DNA of 64,000 bases from Felis catus. Lineage: Eukaryota. This document shows, piece by piece, positions 35,860 to 47,713 of the stretch. The stretch's first letter is position 1; each line of letters begins with the position of its first letter. The DNA lies in contig NC_058383.1 in the NCBI RefSeq assembly GCF_018350175.1, positions 11,410,001 through 11,474,000 of the forward strand. The letters are read 5' to 3'. A program made the translations under genes and the position numbers. The notes under the pieces were generated by a model that made no database searches, had not been told where the DNA came from, and saw only the letters and a program-made list of their open reading frames with translations.

Positions 35860-35945
35860 AAACAAAGCGGGTCTGGGTTCAAATCCCAACGCCACCCATA
35901 GCTGTGTGATTCAGGGTCCTTGTCTGTAAAACAAGGGAGAAATCG
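35860..35945 (+). mobile_element. MIR fragment
   Basis: ctgggttcaaatcccaacgccacccatagctgtgtgat...tctgtaaaac. Confidence 0.6.
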
Positions 35946-36036
35946 CTACTGCCAGAGTAATTCGGTTCTTCATAGATGCCAGTCCTTCCTTCCTTCTTCC
36001 TTCTGAGCTGGTGTTGTGAGTGTGTTCAATTAACAC

Positions 36037-36310
36037 TTGTTAAGGACAGCCCCAGGGTGTTGGATGGTGGAAGTTGGTTCAACAAAAGACCAGGGAGAAT
36101 TAAATTGAAGAGTCTCTCTCCCCCAGGTCCCGGAGGAGGTAGTGACATGCCTTGAGGGGCCACAATACGGGGAGTTCAAGGCAGGGTGCAGGCAGAGGGA
36201 GAGATAGCCTTTATTAGGGTCCCTGAGTGGGGTGCTTTGGGGTTCCCAGGCTAAAGCAGGATTGGTCGATTCATACCAAAAGGAGCAAGGTTTGGGTAAG
36301 CTTTGCTGGC
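36037..36310 (-). mobile_element. ERVL LTR remnant (MER73/MER74/LTR53-like)
   Basis: caggtcccggaggagg...gcctttattagggtcc...gggttccc...ggattggtc resembles the recalled MER74-group LTR; family uncertain. Confidence 0.45.
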
Positions 36311-36324
36311 ATCGGACGCACGAC

Positions 36325-36798
36325 CACGTATTCTTTGAAATTCTTCCCGTTGAGAAATGGGGCTTAGGCGCCTCCCCTTATATCTGGGAGGTCTCCATTG
36401 CTGCTTGACCACCTAGAATATGGTGGCAGTGATCCTGTGGCAGTGTCCAGGCCCAGATCTTAAGAGACTGGAAAACGTGGAGTCGCCCTGAGCTTCCGTG
36501 CTGTGAGGACGCCCACGGAGCCTCCTGGAGAGACAAGGAAGACCGTGTGGAAAGGAAGCAAGGACCCGAAATGAAAGCCCCAGCTGAGCCACCAGCAACC
36601 TGCCAGCCCATGAGTGCGCCATCTTGGAGTTGGGGCCTCTGATCCCCATGAGCCGCCCCGGTTTATGCCACATGGAGCGGTGATGAGCTGCCCCTCAGAG
36701 CCCTGCCCGAACTGAAGACTTTCGAGCCAATTTGATGATCGTTGTTGAAGTCGTTGAATCTTGGGACAGCTTGTTACGAGGCCACAGACGACTGGACC
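36325..36798 (+). mobile_element. MLT1G/H-type MaLR LTR
   Basis: ctgcttgaccacctagaatatggtggcagtga...gccccagctgagcc...gccatcttggag...ttgggacagcttgttac. Confidence 0.8.
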
Positions 36799-38209
36799 AG
36801 CTGCGGGGCCCCGGTGGTGTGCTGGGCACCGGGAAGGTCTTGGAAGTAATAAACATGACCTACGACCAAAGCCCATCGCGACATTGCTTGTGTAGGTGTT
36901 TGACCGTTTCCAGCCAATGGGCCACGGATAACTCCTTCACTCGGGTCAAGTCTGTTTCTTTGAGCTCTGCTGGCCGATTGGTGCCACCAGGAAAGAGCTT
37001 GAGGCTGCCGTCCCTGCCAGACGGGGCCCCGGGCTCACCGCGGACTGGCAGGGGGAATCAGCGGAGGGTCCAGACAGGGGGAGCTGCTGCTGGTACTTAG
37101 CCGAGGAGGGAGGGAGCCTCGCCTGTGCCTCCTTCTCTGGAACCAGGTGGCAGTCGCCCTCTCCTCATAATTAGAGGCACAAAGGACACCCCTGGGCCTC
37201 AGCAGCCCCGTAAAGTGCTCCGTGAGCACAGGGGAGCTGTTGGCGAAAAGCAGATGGTGCCTCGGAGATGGGGGGAACTCACCGGAGGGGTCGTATTACC
37301 TCCAGGAACGAGGCAGAAACGAGGCAGCCAGCCCCGCTTCCCACCTTCCAAATTAGCTGGAAAAATAAAAATACCGTTCGCAGCAGGCTTTCGAGGCGGC
37401 AGCTGGGGTGATATGTCACCGGCAGCGTCTTGTCCCGCCTGTCTCGGGGAGCCCTGGCTGATGAGACGCGCGGAACATTATTAACGCCACTTTGCCGGAA
37501 ACGCTGCACAGTCCGACTAATGCCTTATGGCATTTGCTGCCTTCCTGGGGCTCCAGAGATGGAGAGAAAAGTCCTGAAATAGCAACTCCGCGCTGGTCGT
37601 CAAGGCAACGGGCTCCTTCAGGAGGCACCATGAGGTGATGAGCTTGGCACCGGGAGGGGACGGGAGGAAAGGAAGTGCTCGTGGAGATCCTACCCTCCAC
37701 GAGCCTACATTCTTCTTGGGAAGACAAGGGGTTTTGGTGGGCGAATCTCTCTCTCGGGGCCGAGTTTCCCTAACGAGATCCCAAGGAGCACAAGGTCCCC
37801 AAAGATCGTAACCAGCGTTCGGGAGAAAAGAGCCTCGCACGGACGAATGACGGTGCAAAGCGCGCCGGACAAGACCAAGTGACACGGTGCCGGGCCTCTC
37901 GCTCTTTGAAGCGCTCGTGCGTGTTGTGCCGTTCAAAGGGAGGGGTTGCTACACTTCCCTACGTTATCTGATCGTGGAAACTCTTGTTCACAGAGCACTT
38001 CGGGGGGGGGGTGTGGATTCGGAAAGCCCAGATGGCTTTGGGGACCCGGAATTAGGAAGCCATACAAAGCGGTGTGTAATTACGTTCTCAGAATGTGTGG
38101 AACAGGGAGAGCTGGTGCAGGCTGGGCCAAGGAGGGGGCTTCGTGGAGGAGGAGGTGGAAGGGGAGGGGAGGCTGGCAGATTCTGAGAGGGTGGCGGGAG
38201 TGGAGAGTG

Positions 38210-38765
38210 GAGTCCCTCCCTTTCCGCCAGCCCTTGGTAACTTTGCATCCGCTTTCTGTCTCGATGAGTCTGCCTCTTGTGGGTATTTCACGTAAGAGGG
38301 ATCCTACAAGGGACACCTGGGTGGCTCAGTTGGTTAAGCGTCCAGTTTGGCTCAGGTCACGATCTCGGGGTTTGTGAGTTCGAGCCCTGCATCGGGCGCT
38401 GTGCTGACAGCTCGGAGCCTGGAGCCTGCTTCCAATTCTGTGTCTCCCTCTCTCTCTGCCCCTCCCCTGCTCATGCTCTGTCTCTTTCTCTCTCATCAGT
38501 AAATGAACGTTAAAAAAAAAAAAGGAATCATACAATATTTATCCTTTTGTGTCTGGCTTCTTTAGCATCACAGCCTCAAGATTCACGCATGTTGTAGCAG
38601 GTGTCAGAATTTGCTTCCTTTTAATGGCTGAGTAATAGTCCCTCGTGTGGATCGACCCCGTTTTCCTTATTCGCTCATCCGTCGATGGCCCTTTTGGCTC
38701 TCGCGAATAATGCTGCCATGAACATGGGCGTGTAGGCGTCTGTCTTGTGCGTGGTCGCTGTTTCT
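38210..38765 (-). mobile_element. L1MB-type 3' fragment split by a Can-SINE
   Basis: cagcccttggtaact...ctttctgtctc...ccttttgtgtctggcttcttt...ttccttttaatggctgagtaatagtcc...aataatgctgccatgaacat. Confidence 0.85.
38310..38523 (+). mobile_element. Can-SINE (SINEC_Fc)
   Basis: Full element; TSD agg(g/a)atc(c/a)tacaa. Confidence 0.95.
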
Positions 38766-39559
38766 CCCACGGCGGTGACACTGTCCCATAGCAAAACCTG
38801 TTGGTTTGCAGGCTGGGGTCCCCTTCTAGAATGTGGGCTTTTCAGTCGCCAAAGGTTTGCTGAGCATCTGCCATGTGTTTGGCTCTCTGCTGGGCGCCGT
38901 GGGGAGGGGACCTACAAAGTAGAAGTCCTGCCCTTTGGGAACACGCTTGGAATCCTCCTACCTTCCTGATCTGCACAGGCAGTCGGACGTAGTAGGCTGT
39001 GGTGCCAGCTATCGAACTGAGCAGCGCTGTGGGGACCGGAGCGGGGAGCCCCCCCTGGTGGGGAGCCCACTCACGGTTGCTTCCCAGACGCCCCCATATC
39101 GGCCGCTCAGAGCTCAGCGTATCTACCCCGACTGAAGGAGGCGTGTTGCAGTTTTTAAGAATCGGTCCCGAATGTTGCTTTGAAATGGGCGTGCCTTCTG
39201 TCTCGATCACTCCAGAGCTCTCTGCGTCTCTTTCTGCCACTTACACGCACACGCGCGTGCACACACACCCTCGCTGCTCCTGCGAGTCCGTAAAGAGCCT
39301 CAGAGAGGAAAGATGACTGCACTTTGACAAAGGCTGTTTCGATGGCTTACGCCCACCTCTGCCCGAAGCCGCTCACGGAGGTCATGTGTTCCTCCCTCCA
39401 GGGTCACCCACCCGGGGCACGGGTTGATGGGGACCTCTTGCAGGCAGCCTCGGGGGTGCTGCTGTGCGCTGCTTCCGTCTCAGGCTCACGACACAGCGGC
39501 GATCACTTACGTGCCTGTTTATTAGACGACGGCGTTCGACAAAACCAGGTCAAGCTCAG

Positions 39560-39650
39560 CTCTCACACTGGCTGGCCCTGAGCCTTAAGTGAACTGCCTC
39601 TTGGCCTCAGGCTCCTCTTGTATAAAATGGGAACGCTAATGCCGACCCCT
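39560..39650 (+). mobile_element. MIR fragment
   Basis: ctgcctcttggcctcaggctcctcttgtataaaatgggaacgctaat. Confidence 0.6.
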
Positions 39651-41499
39651 TTAATGTCCATCAACACTGGATATGTTTGCCCCGATGGTTACTGTTCGAG
39701 TAACACCCGTCTATGAAGTGGCACCGTGCCCCATAGCCAAGCACTAAGCCAATGTGGGGCGGACACCGGTCTGTAAGGGACAGAGAGCCGGATACGGGAG
39801 CCCCACGACCTGACTGCAAGGAGTCTGATTTGAGCATGCGTGAGCTGCCCGCCCAGGAGCCGGATCGACCGAGGCAGTGTGCGCAAAAGTTCGCCAGGAC
39901 CCTAAGGTGTGGTAGGAATGCACTTGAGACTGATTGTTGCCCTCATCCGATCTACTTATCAGTGGGACGATGGCATGCCTTAGCTCTGTGCAGCTCGGCT
40001 GGGGTTACGGGATGCGAGGGTGGCGTTTTAGAGGCACTGCTGAGTCTCACCCAGTGGGGTAACGCCGGGCAGCCAAGTCACAAGACGCCTGATGTCGCAG
40101 ACAAGTGTTGATGGGAGCTCATAGGTGGTCATAATCAACGATCTCCCCGAGAGCCGATATCCAGTGTGCCCCATCGGTGCGTCCCAGGAGCTGGGCTTAT
40201 TTTTGCCTCTCACGTCACGTTGCCGGTCAGCACGGCTGGGATTAACAGGCTCCTGGGACTGTGTGCATATCTGCACCTTGTCTGCCGGTGAGGGTACAGG
40301 GAGGGTACAGGGTATCTTTGCATGGCGCCCTCTGTCCACAAGCACGCACGCTGCCCCCGTGTCCCGAGCCCTGTACATATGCTTCTCTTTAGTTAGGGAG
40401 GAAGGACCGACGGTCATGCTGGTCAGAGGAACGTGGGGTCAGGGTCAGGCCCCAGTCTGCCCTCCCCCCCCCCCCCCGGTGTTACCTCTCCTTTTGCTGG
40501 AACCCTCTGGTTTAACTGGATTATCGGCAGAGCCCCGAACTGCCATGCCGTTCTCCAAATCGGTGCCTTGACTTACAGCGTCCTCTGCCCTAGACATTGC
40601 CTCCCTCCGGACTGTTTTGGGAACTTCCACACTCAGCTTAAGGGACACAGGTTTCAGGCTAGGCTGACCGCTGCCCATCCTGGGTCCTGGCCCCTCGTTC
40701 CACCAGGCCCCATCCGGATAAGACAGGATCGGCATCCATAGTCGCTTGTTGGCTGTGATCTGTTCACAGACGTGTCTCCTGGCCTCTCTGCTCCTCCCAG
40801 ACTGAGAGGCTAGCAGGCAGGGACCCTGCATCCCACAACCTGTGCCCTCAGTTCCCAGCCTGGGCCCTGAGACACGGCACCACCCACTCGCTGATGAGCC
40901 AATGAAGGAAAAGAATTAGGGATATGTGCTGAGCGCCGTGCCCTGTCTTATAGTTACCACCCTTCCTCTACCCCGTTATGGTGCCCACATTAGCTTGGTG
41001 AGGGAGAGGACGGTGTTACCCCGACAGGGCCACCAGTCTTGGAGAAGACGTGCTCCATGGGAAGGCACTGCTCCCTTCCCGGGTGGCCTGGCCGCGGGAC
41101 GGATGTACTTTCCTCTCCTGTGCCAGGTGGGCACGCTTCCTGGGGAGCGGGGCTCCCCCCGGGCGGGCGGTCATTCCTTCTAACACGTTTGTCCGCCCGA
41201 TGGGCCCCTGTGTGTTGAAACTCTGCCCATGTCCTCCGTGCGGCTCTGCCTGGCGTTTGGAGGTGATGGGGTGAACCACAGTTGGCCTGAATCCGTGCAG
41301 CCGATTGGCGGCCTCCTGAGAGCTGGCTCTGGGCTCGGGCTTGGGTCTGCGGTGCAGAGAAGGTGGGGAAGGAAGTCGGATGCTGTTCTGCCTCCAGCTC
41401 GGCTCAGAGGATGTCACAGGCCACGTCCTTGGTCCAGATGAGCCGGGCCGCCCTCCTGTCCTCTCCTGGGATTGTGATGCGGCCCCGGGTGGGAGGTGT

Positions 41500-41645
41500 T
41501 TCACTCGTCCTGTCTCATCCTGTCTCATCGCACTCCGACAGGGAGCCTCCGCCCTCTTTTACAGGTGAAGGAACGAAGTTTGAGACGTAAAGTGGCAGGG
41601 ATTGAGCCCCGACTCGGATATCCTCACTTCCGTTCCTGTTCACGT
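41500..41645 (-). mobile_element. MIR fragment
   Basis: ccctcttttacaggtgaaggaac...gtaaagtggcagggattgagccc. Confidence 0.5.
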
Positions 41646-42560
41646 TCTACCAGGCAATGTGGTTTTCCCTTATGATCCCCCCCTCCCCTCCCTGCTGACG
41701 TCAGTGACTTCCAGCCTGGGTAAACCTCTTGTTCCAAACGTCAGCGTTGTCTTTCTCGGGTGTCCAAAACGGCCCAGCGCTCAGCAGCCCGGGGGCAAAG
41801 AGAAAGACGATGCGCAAAATACTCCGCCTTCTTTCTCCAGCTGTGAAACACCAGGTCCCCGGCCTCGGACCTGCTCCCCTGACGCAGTCCCCGCACCTAG
41901 GACGCGTCCGTGTGTGTTCTGCCACCTTTTCCCTTTGGTCTGCGATCTGCTGTGAGTATGTGATCTAGGAAAGGGGCCTCTGCCGCCTCTGTGGCTGGTA
42001 CCCGCCCTCCACCCCCTGGGGGTCTCTCCAGCTGGGCTCCGTCCCTCCTCACTGAGGCCCCGTCAAACTTACAGGGTGCTGAAGAAGCCACCCTGGGTTC
42101 TTAAGGCTCCACACCTGTGGTGCAGCAGGGGCTGGCTCCTCCCGGCTTGTGAGGGCCTACTGTGTGCGTCTCTTCCCAACTCCGAGGTTGAGCATGACAT
42201 CACCGGGGGTGGCTTGGGATTGGCCACGGGGGAGCGTGTCCACCATGGAAATTGGCAAACGTTGTATCCCAAGGGTCCGTCAGCCTGTTAACATTTACGC
42301 GTCACTGTCCCTGCAGCTCTAGTGTCCCGGAAGCTACACTGGGTCGCCTGAGTTTTTTGTCACCTTCCATCCACCCGGCCCCTTCAGGGCCCTGCTGTTT
42401 GTCACCTTGTAGGCGGAGACGGGCCTTCTCATTTTCCTTTCTGTCTCCCTCAGGCTCCATCCTTGCAAAAACAAAAAACAACCCCCCAGACCTGCAATAA
42501 ACCCCGTTGTCCTTCTGTGAAAAACACCTGTGCCTGAAGTAAAACAGGCACACATCCCCC

Positions 42561-42600
42561 CAAAACAAAACAAAACAAAACAAAACAAAACAAAACAAAA
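42561..42600. repeat. (CAAAA)8 microsatellite
   Basis: Seen directly. Confidence 0.95.
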
Positions 42601-42701
42601 GGAAACAAAACAATTACCTGGGGCACATATATCTGTCTAAATAGATGCATGGGCGACCGGAGTCACTTTTCCAAATCCTACCTCCTTAGATGCGTACATT
42701 C

Positions 42702-42906
42702 CTTTTTCTTTTTTTAATTAAAAAAAATTTTAAGTTTATTTATTTATTTTGAGGAGGGTGGAGAGCAGAGAGAGAGGGAGGGAGAGAGAATCCCAAGCAG
42801 GCTCCGTGCTGTCAGCGTAGAGCCCAAGGCGGGGCTCGATCCCACGAATCGCGAGATCATGACCTGAGCCGAAATCAAGAGTCGGACGCTCAACCTACCG
42901 AGCCAC
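42702..42906 (-). mobile_element. Can-SINE, slightly 5'-truncated
   Basis: TSD tagatg(cg/ta)tacattc at 42687-42701 and 42907-42921. Confidence 0.95.
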
Positions 42907-43261
42907 TAGATGTATACATTCTAAATTCTAACTTCTCAAATGAAACCCCAAGGGACTTTGAATGGAGTAGAAGGGCGCGGAACCCTCCGTCTGGAAGCCA
43001 GGGCTCTGGCTTTTACTCCTTCACTAACTTTGTGCCCTTGGATGTCTCAGGCAAGGACTTATCCACGGTCTGCGTTGGAGGTGTTTTAACTGTGAAAGCA
43101 ACCCCTCAACCTGGGTGGCTTAATTCCATATATCTCTTCCTCACTCACACCACTGTCTATTCAGAAAGATGGGGAGACTGAGGATCCATTGTGGATGGAA
43201 TTTATGGGCCAGCCTGGAGGTGGCAGTCAGCACTTTCTTTAATATTTCAGGCACCACTTTC

Positions 43262-43494
43262 CTTTTTCTTTTTTTAAATTTTTTTTTTTTACATTTATTT
43301 ATTTTTGAGAGACAGAGAGAGACAGAGCACAAGTGGGGGAAGGGCAGAGAGAGAAGGAGACACAGAATCCGAAGCAGGCTCCAGGCTCTGAACCGTCAGC
43401 ACAGAGCCCGATGCGGGGCTCGAACCCACAAACCGTGAGATCATGACCTGAGCGGAAGTCAGACGCTTAACCGACTGAGCCGCTCAGGTGCCCC
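43262..43494 (-). mobile_element. Can-SINE (SINEC_Fc)
   Basis: Full element; TSD aggcaccactttc. Confidence 0.95.
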
Positions 43495-43929
43495 AGGCAC
43501 CACTTTCTTTAATATTCCATTGGTCCCATGGTCACGGGGTTCACGGTCACCAGGGAGGCCCACAGACAAGAGATTCGGGAACACCCACATCTCTGCCGTG
43601 CTGGGGAATCTTTCCCCCTCTGGAGACCCGGTTCTGTGTGTGAAACGTGGAAGCTTTGGCCCACGAGCCCTGCAAGGCTCGTTCCTGCTCTAAGGGCCTG
43701 TGACTCTCTTGTTTTATCATTGCCAGACAACATGCGCTGTGTTTTCAAAGCGGACTGGGTTTGCTTCTCATCCCTGGCTTGGTTTCGCTGTGTGATAAAG
43801 GCGGACCCTTTCACCGATGCGTCTGTTCCAAATGCTAATCCAAGTGTGAGCGCCCCGTCATTACGTCTCTCGAAACAATGTCCGGACCCATCTCCCTCCT
43901 TCTGAGTCTTCCGAGAGACCAAATGTGAA

Positions 43930-44370
43930 CTCATTTCATCAAGGCCAATTGTCAATCATAAGGAGAAATCTATATGAAATTTTAATTGCAAGATGTTCGG
44001 TGCAAATTTAATGAAGTGAAATAAGAGATCCGAGAATTCCCGCCTTCTCGGATCATGCATAATGTTGACTTAAATTGGCTCTCTGGAGGTGGAGGGAATT
44101 GCATTTTTAGAATTTACACACCGAGAGAGCAAATGGAGTGGACCCTGAAGGTTAAGGTCATAAATCAGAAGCATTTAACCGGCTTTGAGTGATTGCTGTA
44201 GACGGCAGTGACAAGGAGAGTTGACTGCAGCCACCAGTGATTAGTCTGTCTCCGATTATTGAAATGCTGCTCAATATTCATAAATCAGTGGTCATTAATC
44301 CCCCAAATAGTACCTGTCGGCTTTCTAAATAAATTTCTAACCTGCTAATGGAGATTGAAGAGGCTGACGA
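43930..44370. promoter_or_regulatory. Candidate developmental enhancer (PBX-HOX / PBX-MEIS motif module)
   Basis: Repeat-free AT-rich block; TGATTTATGA on the minus strand twice (44158-44167, 44278-44287) and TGATTGACA (43950-43958). Function is inferred from motifs only. Confidence 0.5.
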
Positions 44371-45334
44371 GTACTAGCTCAGAATGGACGCAAATGAGGG
44401 CGTCCCTCCGATGGACTTGGAAACGCGCCTTTTTGGACCGCGAAGTCACCCTGGGGCCGAGATGTCCCCGTGGACACCGCTCTTCGCCAAAGAGGGCCCG
44501 TTCCGGAGGCTTCTCCCACCGCCTGTGATTTCTGGAGACCGTGGCCTTGATGTATATGTCTCAGTCTCTGCCGTTGGGCTCAGGACCAAATCAGATGATT
44601 TCAAGGCTTCATCCCTGTTTACCCACAGTAATTGGGAAATAAGGTTCACGGCGTGGCGAAAGGCCGTGGCATTTATTGGATAACGTGTGAGCGAGCGAGG
44701 GAAGGAAATCGTAATTGGAGCGTCAGTCACGGGGGTAACAAATTTGGGAAGAGATCGAGACATGCAAATGAGCACAGAGAGGCGTAGTTACGCGAGACCG
44801 AAAAGTGATTTCATTACCACAGACGCTTAGAGCCCGTGTTCATTTTCTCTCTGCCTGGTTTCTGGGTTGGGTTCATAAATTATATACGACGGTGACCAGA
44901 CTTCCGGGTATGGGCATCGTGTTGAGTCGGATAATAGGCGCCACTCGGTAACGATTGCATTTTAAATCTGGCAGAAAATGAGATTGTGGGTGGGTGCGTG
45001 GGAGAAAGGCACAGGGTCGTCTCATGCCCCATTTCACCTCGGAAAAAAATGGAGCCAATGAGAGGTGGCCGAAAAGAGATGCTGTTTTCAAGGGCAATAG
45101 CTCAGAATAACAGCACATACTCTTTTAATTCCAAACTTATTAATCCTAGAGAACAGAAACCGACGTGGTAACCGTAAAACCCCTCCCTGCGTTGAACCAA
45201 CGGCGGCCCAGACCCGAAGGGGGCCTGGCCCCTGCTTGGCAGATAGAGAGCTAAGATCTGGGCCATTTGCCGCAAAAAAGAGCAACGGCTAAACACCGTA
45301 TTCCACTCGGAGTGTGAATCGAATCACCCCACGC

Positions 45335-45740
45335 ACGAAAGCAATTTGGCAATGTGTATGAAGAGTCTTAGAAATGTTCGCATTCTCCACCCCCTTTGGG
45401 ATTGATTCGATTCACCCTTAGCACAGATACTCATTTCTAGTAACAGATTCCCAGGAAATCAGTTGACATAGAACGAGCTTCACAGAAGCCTTATTTTAGC
45501 GCAGCCGAGGCAAGCTGCAAGTCCAACGGTGGGAATATTTAAGTAAGCCACGAAGCATCTGCTCCTGGACGATTAAGGAGCCATTTGAAGGCAGTGCTTC
45601 AGGGAACAGATGACAACACGGGGGAGCGTTTAGGGGAAGTGAAAAAAGCGGGCTCCAGATCCGTACACGCGGGGTGTCCACACCTTGGGGGAAGGTGCAT
45701 GGCCAGACATCGGGAAGCCAGTTGAGAGGAGGCAAGGCTT
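45335..45740 (+). mobile_element. Ancient L1M fragment
   Basis: gaaagcaatttggcaatgtgtatgaagagtcttagaaatgttcgcat...catttctag...cccaggaaat. Confidence 0.55.
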
Positions 45741-45758
45741 TCCTCTGGGGAGTAAGTT

Positions 45759-45947
45759 CTTTGTTGTTGTTAAGTTTACTTACTTATTTTGAGACAGAGA
45801 GAGAGAGAAAGAGAGAGAGGATCCCAAGCAGGCTCCATATTCACAGCGGGGAGCCCAATGTGGGGCTCGATCTCACGATCCAGGAGATCATGACCTCAGT
45901 CGAAATCAAGAGTCAGCTGCTCAGCCAACTGACCACCCAGGTGCCCC
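45759..45947 (-). mobile_element. Can-SINE
   Basis: TSD tggggagtaagtt at 45746-45758 and 45949-45961. Confidence 0.95.
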
Positions 45948-46519
45948 GTGGGGAGTAAGTTTTTAATGGTCTGGTTGATGGGACAGTTTTGCTGGGGTAT
46001 TTCCAACCTGATTTATACCATTCAATCCTGAGAAGAGACAGCATCTGAAATGAAAATTTTGGTTGACTGTAGGCTTATTCCCCCCTGCCACCCCCCCTCC
46101 CCCCGTATTTTAAATTATGAAATGAATTTAGGAACAAGATGGCATATGTAAAAAGGGGAAAGTAGAAAAAAAGGAAATGACCCAACACTCACCATCCTAA
46201 AGGGGAAAATTATGAAAGGCAACTAATTGTTAAACAATGATTTGGCTAAGTGAGCTTTTCTCCCCGAGTTTGCATGAGGCCGCCCCTCAATGGTCTCGCT
46301 GGAGTCATCTTTCCCCACATCTGCTCTGGGCTCCTCGTTTGTTACGGGATGGAATCCAGAATTGTAATCGGCCATCGAAGACTTTCCCTTCGTGCCGTCC
46401 CTCCTTGGTCCCCAACACCGATCCTGCCCCACTGTTCTCCCCTTGTCCGTGCTGCTCGGGTTATGGAGAATGCTCTGATTTGACCCTGGCCTCCTGACGA
46501 ACTCCTCTTCTGTCGTCAC

Positions 46520-46780
46520 AGCCCGGCGCAAATATCCCCTTCGTGATGCTTTCGCTCCCCTTCCCCCGGCGGAGTGAATGCTCTTCCCTCAGCGTTTCCG
46601 CAGCCCTGTTACTTATCATCCTATGCGATACCTACTCATGTCGTGTCGCGTTATCTAAGTTTGTCTCCGCCACTGGTCTCTGAATTTGACATGTTAAGAG
46701 CCATATCCGACTCCTTCCTGTGTCCCCGCACACACCATGGTGCCTAGCCCATGGATGGGTGCCCAAAAACATTAATTTAA
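46520..46780 (+). mobile_element. L2 3' end
   Basis: ttgtctccgccactgg...cctgtgtccccgcacacaccatggtgcctagcccatggatgggtgcccaaaaacatt. Confidence 0.6.
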
Positions 46781-47500
46781 CTTTTGTTGATATTTTTTGG
46801 AGTAGTCCAAACAGTGCTCTTTCAGAGTGCATTTTTGTGGATTTTCTGACGGTAGAAGCAGTGTGTCTTCGGCAGAAACTTTGGGAACACGGAAGTATGA
46901 GGAAGGAAATGATCACCTGTAACACCAGAACCCAGAAATGACCACGGCACGAGGCTCCGGTCCTGTGTCTGAGCCCATGAATGCGTGCGCACACACATAC
47001 ACACACACACAGACGTTCCTGAAAACAAAATTCACACCGCGTTTGCATTCTGCTTTTATTACATCATGTGCACAGACATAAAGCGTCTGTAACTATATGA
47101 CATATATGAATATAAAGATGTTTATGTGTAATGATTTAACCCATCTTTATTAGACATTTAGCTGTTTTAGGCAATGCCCCGTCTTTTCCTTTCCCTGACC
47201 CTTTCCTTCCTTCTTTATTCCCAGAAATGGGTCACCGGACACCATCCTCTAGTGGCCTGTGCACGACCTCTGCGCACATCGCTCATCGTTTGCGCAGCGG
47301 AAATACCCGGTTGGGATTTTGTACGTTTTCCGAGAGCTCTTGAGCTATCTCCCTCTGATGAGTCCATTGATGTCAGGGCACAAGGATTTTTACTCTCTTC
47401 AAGAGCCATGCATGCTTTTTAATCGAAGAGCCAGCAAAGCATCTTAGTTTAGAATCAATTAACATGACCTAGAAGCCAGAGAATGTGTTAAAATGTGGGG

Positions 47501-47713
47501 TTTTTTTTTTGATGTTTATTTATTTTAGAGAGAGAGAGAGACAGAGTGCGAGTGGGGGCGAGGCAGAGAGCGAGGGAGACACAGAATCGGAAGCAGGCTC
47601 CAGGCTCGGAGCTGTCAGCACAGAGCCCGACGCGGGGCTCGGACTCACAAACCTCGAGATCATGACCTGAGCCGAAGTCGGAAGCTCAACCGACTGAGCC
47701 ACCCAGGCGCCCC
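47501..47713 (-). mobile_element. Can-SINE (SINEC_Fc)
   Basis: Full element. Confidence 0.95.
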
